A stretch of 32,000 bases of DNA from Basfia succiniciproducens (GTDB taxonomy: Bacteria > Pseudomonadota > Gammaproteobacteria > Enterobacterales > Pasteurellaceae): contig NZ_CP015031.1 in NCBI RefSeq assembly GCF_011455875.1, forward strand, positions 693,405 through 725,404, in the 5' to 3' direction. Below are positions 27,508-32,000 of the stretch, one piece after another. Numbering within the stretch: position 1 is the stretch's first letter; each line of letters starts with the position of its first letter. The notes under the pieces were generated by a model. The model did not search any database, was not told the origin of the DNA, and saw nothing but the letters and a program-made list of their open reading frames with translations. The translations under genes were made by a program, and so were the position numbers.

Positions 27508-29439
27508 TTAAATATTTTCAATCAATAAGCGGCCTAAACCGCTTTGTCTTTTTACCTGTTTTCTGACCGCACTTTTCCAGATATTATCCGTAGCAAACAA
27601 AGTGAATCGCTGTTTTGCGCGAGTCACCGCGGTATAAACAAGCTCTCTGGATAAGACCGGTACGTTTTCCGTCGGCAATACTAAAAATGCGTGATTGAAT
27701 TCCGACCCCTGAGATTTATGCACCGTCATTACAAATGCGGTTTCATGGCTCGGTATCCGGCTTGGCGAAATGCGACGATAATGATTTTCGCCTAATTCAA
27801 ACCAAACTTTCCCCTGAATAAACAACCCGATATCGCCATTGCAAAGCCCTACGTTGGCATCATTTTGAATGATCATCACCGGTTTCCCCTGATACCAATC
27901 CCTACTGTTTTTAAATTGAATTAAATTTTGTCGGCGCAAACCTTCCGCAATAGACAGATTCAGCTTTTCAACGCCTAATTCACCAAGCCGAAGTGCGGAT
28001 AAAAAACGCACTTTTTTGAAACCGGCAAAGATTTTTTCGATATCCTGCTCCGTTAATTCGCTTTTTGCTGATCGGGTTTCAATTTCCAGTAGATAATCCC
28101 GATATTCCCGTACCGCACGTTCAACGACTAGGTTAACGCAATAAGCTAAATACTCGGCGGAGGATTCGGGCTGAATGCCGTTAGCAAAATAACGGTTAAA
28201 ATCAACATATTCAATATCTTCTAATTGGGAAAACAACTGCAAACTGCGGTCAATTTCTGCGGAATTCATTGCTTTTGCCAAATGTCCGATTGCAGATTTT
28301 TCATCAAAACGCCGACTTTCCGTCAAGTGAGATAAATAATCCCGGATTTCATCGCCTTGAACCGAGTTGAACGCCAAATGCGAATCCGTTACCCGGTTTA
28401 AATAATCGATAAAGGAAGCACTGTAACCCTGTTCTAAAAACTGCCCTAACTCGCCTAAAATCGCTCCGGCCTCCACTGACGCCAGTTGGTCTTTATCACC
28501 TAATAAAATCAGTCGCGCATGACTTGGCAAGGCTTGCAGTAAGTTTGACATCAATGCTAAATCTATCATTGAGGCCTCGTCTATTACCAGTACATCTAAC
28601 GGCAAAGGATTTTGAGCATTGAATTTAAAGCTCCGTCCGCCAAGTAAACGATGAATTGTCATTGCCTCAGTTGGAATGCAATGCTTTAATTTTGCAGACA
28701 ACGTCATTTGCTGTAGGGCGTTTTCAATACTTTCCGTTAAACGTGCGGCGGCTTTTCCGGTGGGTGCGGCTAATTTTATCTGTAATTTGCCTTGATGTAG
28801 TTGTTGCAGAGCAACCAATAATCTCGCCACCGTATAGGTTTTTCCGGTTCCCGGTCCGCCCGAAATCAGGCAAAATTGTTGACGGAGTGCGGTTGCAATA
28901 GCAATCTTTTGCCCTTGGTTTAAGCCGGTATTTTCACCGATTAGGTGATGGATTATTTTCGTATCCGGTTGTTCTGCCAAAACTTTACTATTTTTGACCG
29001 CACTTTTCAGGTAACTAGCTACCAAATATTCATCCTGCCAAACACGATAAAAATATAACGCATTGAATTGAAAAACGAAGGGTGCAATTTTCGTTTTCGG
29101 TTCTGTTGTAAAGGCGATATGGGATTTTAATATTTGCTGCCATTGAGCTACAGGTAAATATCCGATTTTTTCATCAATTTGTTGTAAATAATCCTGCTCT
29201 AAAGCGCGATAAGCCAGCCCGAATAAATTCGATTTAATCTGTTCTTCAAGGAATAAACAAGTATTTCCTTGCTGATGACTGTAATTACAAAGTGCGGCAA
29301 GTAAAGCCGTTAAATTATTTTTTGTCCTTGAACTTTTATCCGTTCCTTCTTCGCATTTTTCCGCAATCATTTTGGCAAAATGATAATCCCCTGCGGTGAT
29401 CACATTTTCCTGTTGTAATTTTGCTAAAATTTCTAACAT
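27508..29439 (-). CDS. recD: Exodeoxyribonuclease V alpha subunit RecD
   Basis: 643 aa with Walker A GGPGTGKT, DEASMID (Walker B) and the SF1 helicase motif TVHKSQGSEF. It lies 11 nt downstream of recB. Confidence 0.93.
   Translation of the reverse strand: MLEILAKLQQENVITAGDYHFAKMIAEKCEEGTDKSSRTKNNLTALLAALCNYSHQQGNTCLFLEEQIKSNLFGLAYRALEQDYLQQIDEKIGYLPVAQWQQILKSHIAFTTEPKTKIAPFVFQFNALYFYRVWQDEYLVASYLKSAVKNSKVLAEQPDTKIIHHLIGENTGLNQGQKIAIATALRQQFCLISGGPGTGKTYTVARLLVALQQLHQGKLQIKLAAPTGKAAARLTESIENALQQMTLSAKLKHCIPTEAMTIHRLLGGRSFKFNAQNPLPLDVLVIDEASMIDLALMSNLLQALPSHARLILLGDKDQLASVEAGAILGELGQFLEQGYSASFIDYLNRVTDSHLAFNSVQGDEIRDYLSHLTESRRFDEKSAIGHLAKAMNSAEIDRSLQLFSQLEDIEYVDFNRYFANGIQPESSAEYLAYCVNLVVERAVREYRDYLLEIETRSAKSELTEQDIEKIFAGFKKVRFLSALRLGELGVEKLNLSIAEGLRRQNLIQFKNSRDWYQGKPVMIIQNDANVGLCNGDIGLFIQGKVWFELGENHYRRISPSRIPSHETAFVMTVHKSQGSEFNHAFLVLPTENVPVLSRELVYTAVTRAKQRFTLFATDNIWKSAVRKQVKRQSGLGRLLIENI
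27566..27574 (-). repeat. Uptake signal sequence core (Hin-type)
   Basis: Exact ACCGCACTT inside recD. Confidence 0.9.
28997..29005 (-). repeat. Uptake signal sequence core (Hin-type)
   Basis: Exact ACCGCACTT inside recD. Confidence 0.9.
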
Positions 29440-29450
29440 AACATTACCGA

Positions 29451-32000
29451 CTAAAATAAATTATCCAACCCTTCGATTAGTTCCTGCGCAGGTTTTGCGG
29501 AATAAATGCCGTAATCCGGATTACGCCCGTTCATACCCCGTAAAAAACAATAAATTACGCCGCCGAAATGGCTGTCATAATCGTAATCCGCCACACGTTG
29601 TTTTAAATAGCGGTGAATTGCTAAGGTGTAAAGCAAATATTGCAAATCATAATGATGATTTTTCATTACGTCGGTTAATTGCGACCGCGCATAAAACGCC
29701 ATGTCTTTTCCTAAGAAATTTGATTTGTAATCCAGCACATAATATTTGCTTTCATGACGAAAAACCAAATCGATAAATCCTCTCAACATGCCTTGGATTT
29801 CATCAAATAAATAAGGCTCTCGTTTGATTGTATGGTATTTTTGCAGCAACCGATTGAAAGAATGCAACTTAAACCGTCCTTCCAGTTTTAAATAGAATTG
29901 CATTTCTTTTATGCAGTCTTTTTTATCTAATTGAGCCAGATTTAAAGGCTCCCCATTAAATAGCGGCGTGGTAAGAATTGCTTCAATCCATTGAATTAAA
30001 GGCTGTTTCCATTCTTCGCTTAATTGTATGGTTTGGCATAAATTTTTTACATATTCGTCACTAATTGGTTGATTAAATTCATTTTTTTCAAAAAAACGGT
30101 GCAATGCCGTCCCCACATTAATACCATGGGGAAAATCAAAAGGCGAATAACCTTGCCGATATCCCGTTACAATGTCACTAAAATTATTTTCGTCCTCGTT
30201 TATTTTAGGTAAAAAAGTTAAATCAATATCTTTGGCTTCATCTAAAATTAGAGAAAAATTGACCGCACTTTCTGTCGTTACAATAGGATTAAAGGCTTCA
30301 TGTCTGCCTTTTTGACTGTTCCATTCGTGCATTTGAGTTAAAGAGGTAAAACTGCTTATAGTCCAGTCCCGCTCAATTTTTCCGTGGAATTCTTGGGCTA
30401 CATATTGGGCATGATTATCTTTTTGCTGATAACCCCCTCCTTGGATTTCATCCGTTTGATAATAATGTATATTTGCCGGCGAAATACGTTGTGCAAAGTC
30501 GTCTAAAAGGGGCTTGGTTTGGTATTCGTCGGTTAATTTAGCTTGTATGCCGATTTTTCCGCGAGTCAGAGCATAAAGCAAAGCGTTCCAGTTTTTAGTA
30601 AAGTTATCAGGCAACGCCATCGCTAAATGATATTTTGCTCTAGTCAGCGCCACATAAAGTAAGCGCATTTCTTCCGCCAAACGTTCTTTTATCACTTCGT
30701 CATTATGGCAGGCATCCATATCCCATTGCACAGCCTGCGCTTGCGCATTGTAATAAGTGGAGATATGTTGCGGGTTCACTTTAGCTTTAGCACTGATAAA
30801 CGGTAGCCAAACCAGGTTATATTCCAACCCTTTGGATTTATGAATAGTGACGATTTTGACTAATTGCTGTTCGCTCTCCAAACGAATGATATTTTCGTCT
30901 TGAGTATTTTCGCCGCGAATTTGACGTTCAAACCAACGCAACAGCGCCGCATCACTTTCATTAAGCGTTGTAGCTTCCTGCAATAATTCCGCTAAATGGA
31001 ATAAATCAGTCACCCGGCGTTCGCCGTTTGGCATATTAATCAGTTTTTGCGGAATCTGTTCGGCTAAAAAAAGTTGATGCAGCATAGCAAGTACACCTTG
31101 TTGCCGCCAGCTGCGTTGATAGCCGACAAAGCGATCAATCCACTTTTCCCAATCCGTTTCATGTTGTTTAATATGTTGAATGTCCGCGCCGGTTAGGCAA
31201 AAAATAGCGGTAGCTATGGCATTTACTATATTACGTTCGCTAAAAGGGTTTAAACAGGCTTGCAAGATCAGCAATAATTCTTTTGCTTCATTACAATCAA
31301 ACACATTGCTTTTATCCGATAAATAAACGGATGAAATCTGCCGTGCCTGCAATGCATTTTTAATTAATTCGGCTTCTTTTGCGTTACGTACCAGAACGGC
31401 GATATCTTTCGGTTCTAGCGGTAAAAATTTTTCCGCGGTTTGAATACCGGCACATTCCCGCAGGGCAAGTTGTAACCATTGAGAAATGCAATTAGCGCAA
31501 GTTTCCGCCAGTTGTTCATCGCTCGGTTCTTCACCTAGATAAACGCCAAGCGGTGCTTCTTGTTGCTCGTTTAATATAAAACGCCCTTGAGCTTTTCCTG
31601 GTTCGACGGAAGAAAACTCAATATTTTCGTATAAAAAAGGTTGTGCTGAAGAAAAATTAAAAAGTTGATTCACCGCATGAATTAAATTACCTTCAGAACG
31701 ATAATTTTTACCCAAGGTAAAATGGTATTTTGCCTGTTGTGCAGCTTTTAAATAAGTAAAAATATCCGCGCCGCGAAATTGATAAATAGCCTGTTTCGGG
31801 TCACCAATCATAATAAAGCCGGTTTCGGCTTGCGCTGATTCGATATAAATTTTAGAAAAAATTTGGTATTGCTGTGCATCCGTATCCTGAAACTCATCAA
31901 TCATGGCAAAAGGATATTGATAACGAATCAGCTTAACCAATTCATTTCCATGTTCCGGAGAAACGACGGCTTCTTTCAGTAAACGCAATAAATCGTCAAA
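29451..32000 (-). CDS. recB: Exodeoxyribonuclease V beta subunit RecB (C-terminal ~850 codons; the N-terminus lies beyond the window end)
   Basis: The frame is open to position 32000 (..FDDLLRLLKEAVV.. precedes the first in-window Met). It has the UvrD/SF1 motifs MIDEFQDTD and TIHKSKGLEY, plus a C-terminal PD-(D/E)xK nuclease block GFIDLVF..YYVLDYKSN. Confidence 0.93.
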   Translation of the reverse strand, partial: FDDLLRLLKEAVVSPEHGNELVKLIRYQYPFAMIDEFQDTDAQQYQIFSKIYIESAQAETGFIMIGDPKQAIYQFRGADIFTYLKAAQQAKYHFTLGKNYRSEGNLIHAVNQLFNFSSAQPFLYENIEFSSVEPGKAQGRFILNEQQEAPLGVYLGEEPSDEQLAETCANCISQWLQLALRECAGIQTAEKFLPLEPKDIAVLVRNAKEAELIKNALQARQISSVYLSDKSNVFDCNEAKELLLILQACLNPFSERNIVNAIATAIFCLTGADIQHIKQHETDWEKWIDRFVGYQRSWRQQGVLAMLHQLFLAEQIPQKLINMPNGERRVTDLFHLAELLQEATTLNESDAALLRWFERQIRGENTQDENIIRLESEQQLVKIVTIHKSKGLEYNLVWLPFISAKAKVNPQHISTYYNAQAQAVQWDMDACHNDEVIKERLAEEMRLLYVALTRAKYHLAMALPDNFTKNWNALLYALTRGKIGIQAKLTDEYQTKPLLDDFAQRISPANIHYYQTDEIQGGGYQQKDNHAQYVAQEFHGKIERDWTISSFTSLTQMHEWNSQKGRHEAFNPIVTTESAVNFSLILDEAKDIDLTFLPKINEDENNFSDIVTGYRQGYSPFDFPHGINVGTALHRFFEKNEFNQPISDEYVKNLCQTIQLSEEWKQPLIQWIEAILTTPLFNGEPLNLAQLDKKDCIKEMQFYLKLEGRFKLHSFNRLLQKYHTIKREPYLFDEIQGMLRGFIDLVFRHESKYYVLDYKSNFLGKDMAFYARSQLTDVMKNHHYDLQYLLYTLAIHRYLKQRVADYDYDSHFGGVIYCFLRGMNGRNPDYGIYSAKPAQELIEGLDNLF
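30262..30270 (-). repeat. Uptake signal sequence core (Hin-type)
   Basis: Exact ACCGCACTT inside recB. Confidence 0.9.

Noticed and set aside
27485-27525. An AT-rich inverted repeat ATTGATT-n13-AATCAAT, and a TCAAA/TTTGA hairpin, between the convergent LysR gene and recD.
   Set aside because: The stems are short and all A/T, with no flanking U-tract in the required orientations. This is not distinguishable from chance in AT-rich DNA.
27991-28019. A terminator-like hairpin made of two imperfect USS (AAGTGCG-n9-CGCACTT followed by T6) inside recD.
   Set aside because: The T-run follows the hairpin only on the plus strand, which is antisense to recD, and no gene there needs terminating. In the recD sense there is no U-tract. 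It is probably a by-product of USS accumulation.

Overview
This looks like a chromosomal segment from a Pasteurellaceae-type gammaproteobacterium. It carries 20 exact copies of the Hin-type uptake-signal core AAGTGCGGT/ACCGCACTT. Coding DNA is roughly 40% G+C by hand count. I call 29 protein-coding genes, nearly all conserved housekeeping. In order: an unidentified truncated gene, yqcC-truC, ornithine carbamoyltransferase, yoaH, uspE-fnr, a small unlisted membrane ORF, tandem ferritins, sbcB, a DMT/EamA-like permease, a small PD-(D/E)xK-fold gene, mukB-mukE-mukF, ttcA, nlpC-ihfA-pheT-pheS, yegP, higB-higA, cspD, topA, a LysR regulator, and recD-recB (recB is cut by the window end). Many terminators are hairpins, four of them made of inverted USS pairs. 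I saw no rRNA, tRNA, CRISPR array, IS element, transposase, integrase or phage module. I do not see a convincing multi-gene novel system. The items most worth a second look are: (1) a low-GC orphan PD-(D/E)xK gene after the mukB terminator, heading a tight unit with the permease and sbcB; (2) a ~750-bp, very AT-rich, ORF-free spacer upstream of the ferritins with Fur-like boxes and a 12/13 matS-like site; (3) a HigB homologue that aligns without gaps to Proteus HigB but has substitutions at nearly every catalytic position, paired with an intact HigA; (4) a perfect CRP palindrome in the yegP/higB spacer; (5) a 47-aa membrane ORF divergent from fnr across an FNR box. All homology statements come from memory of reference proteins, not from a database search.
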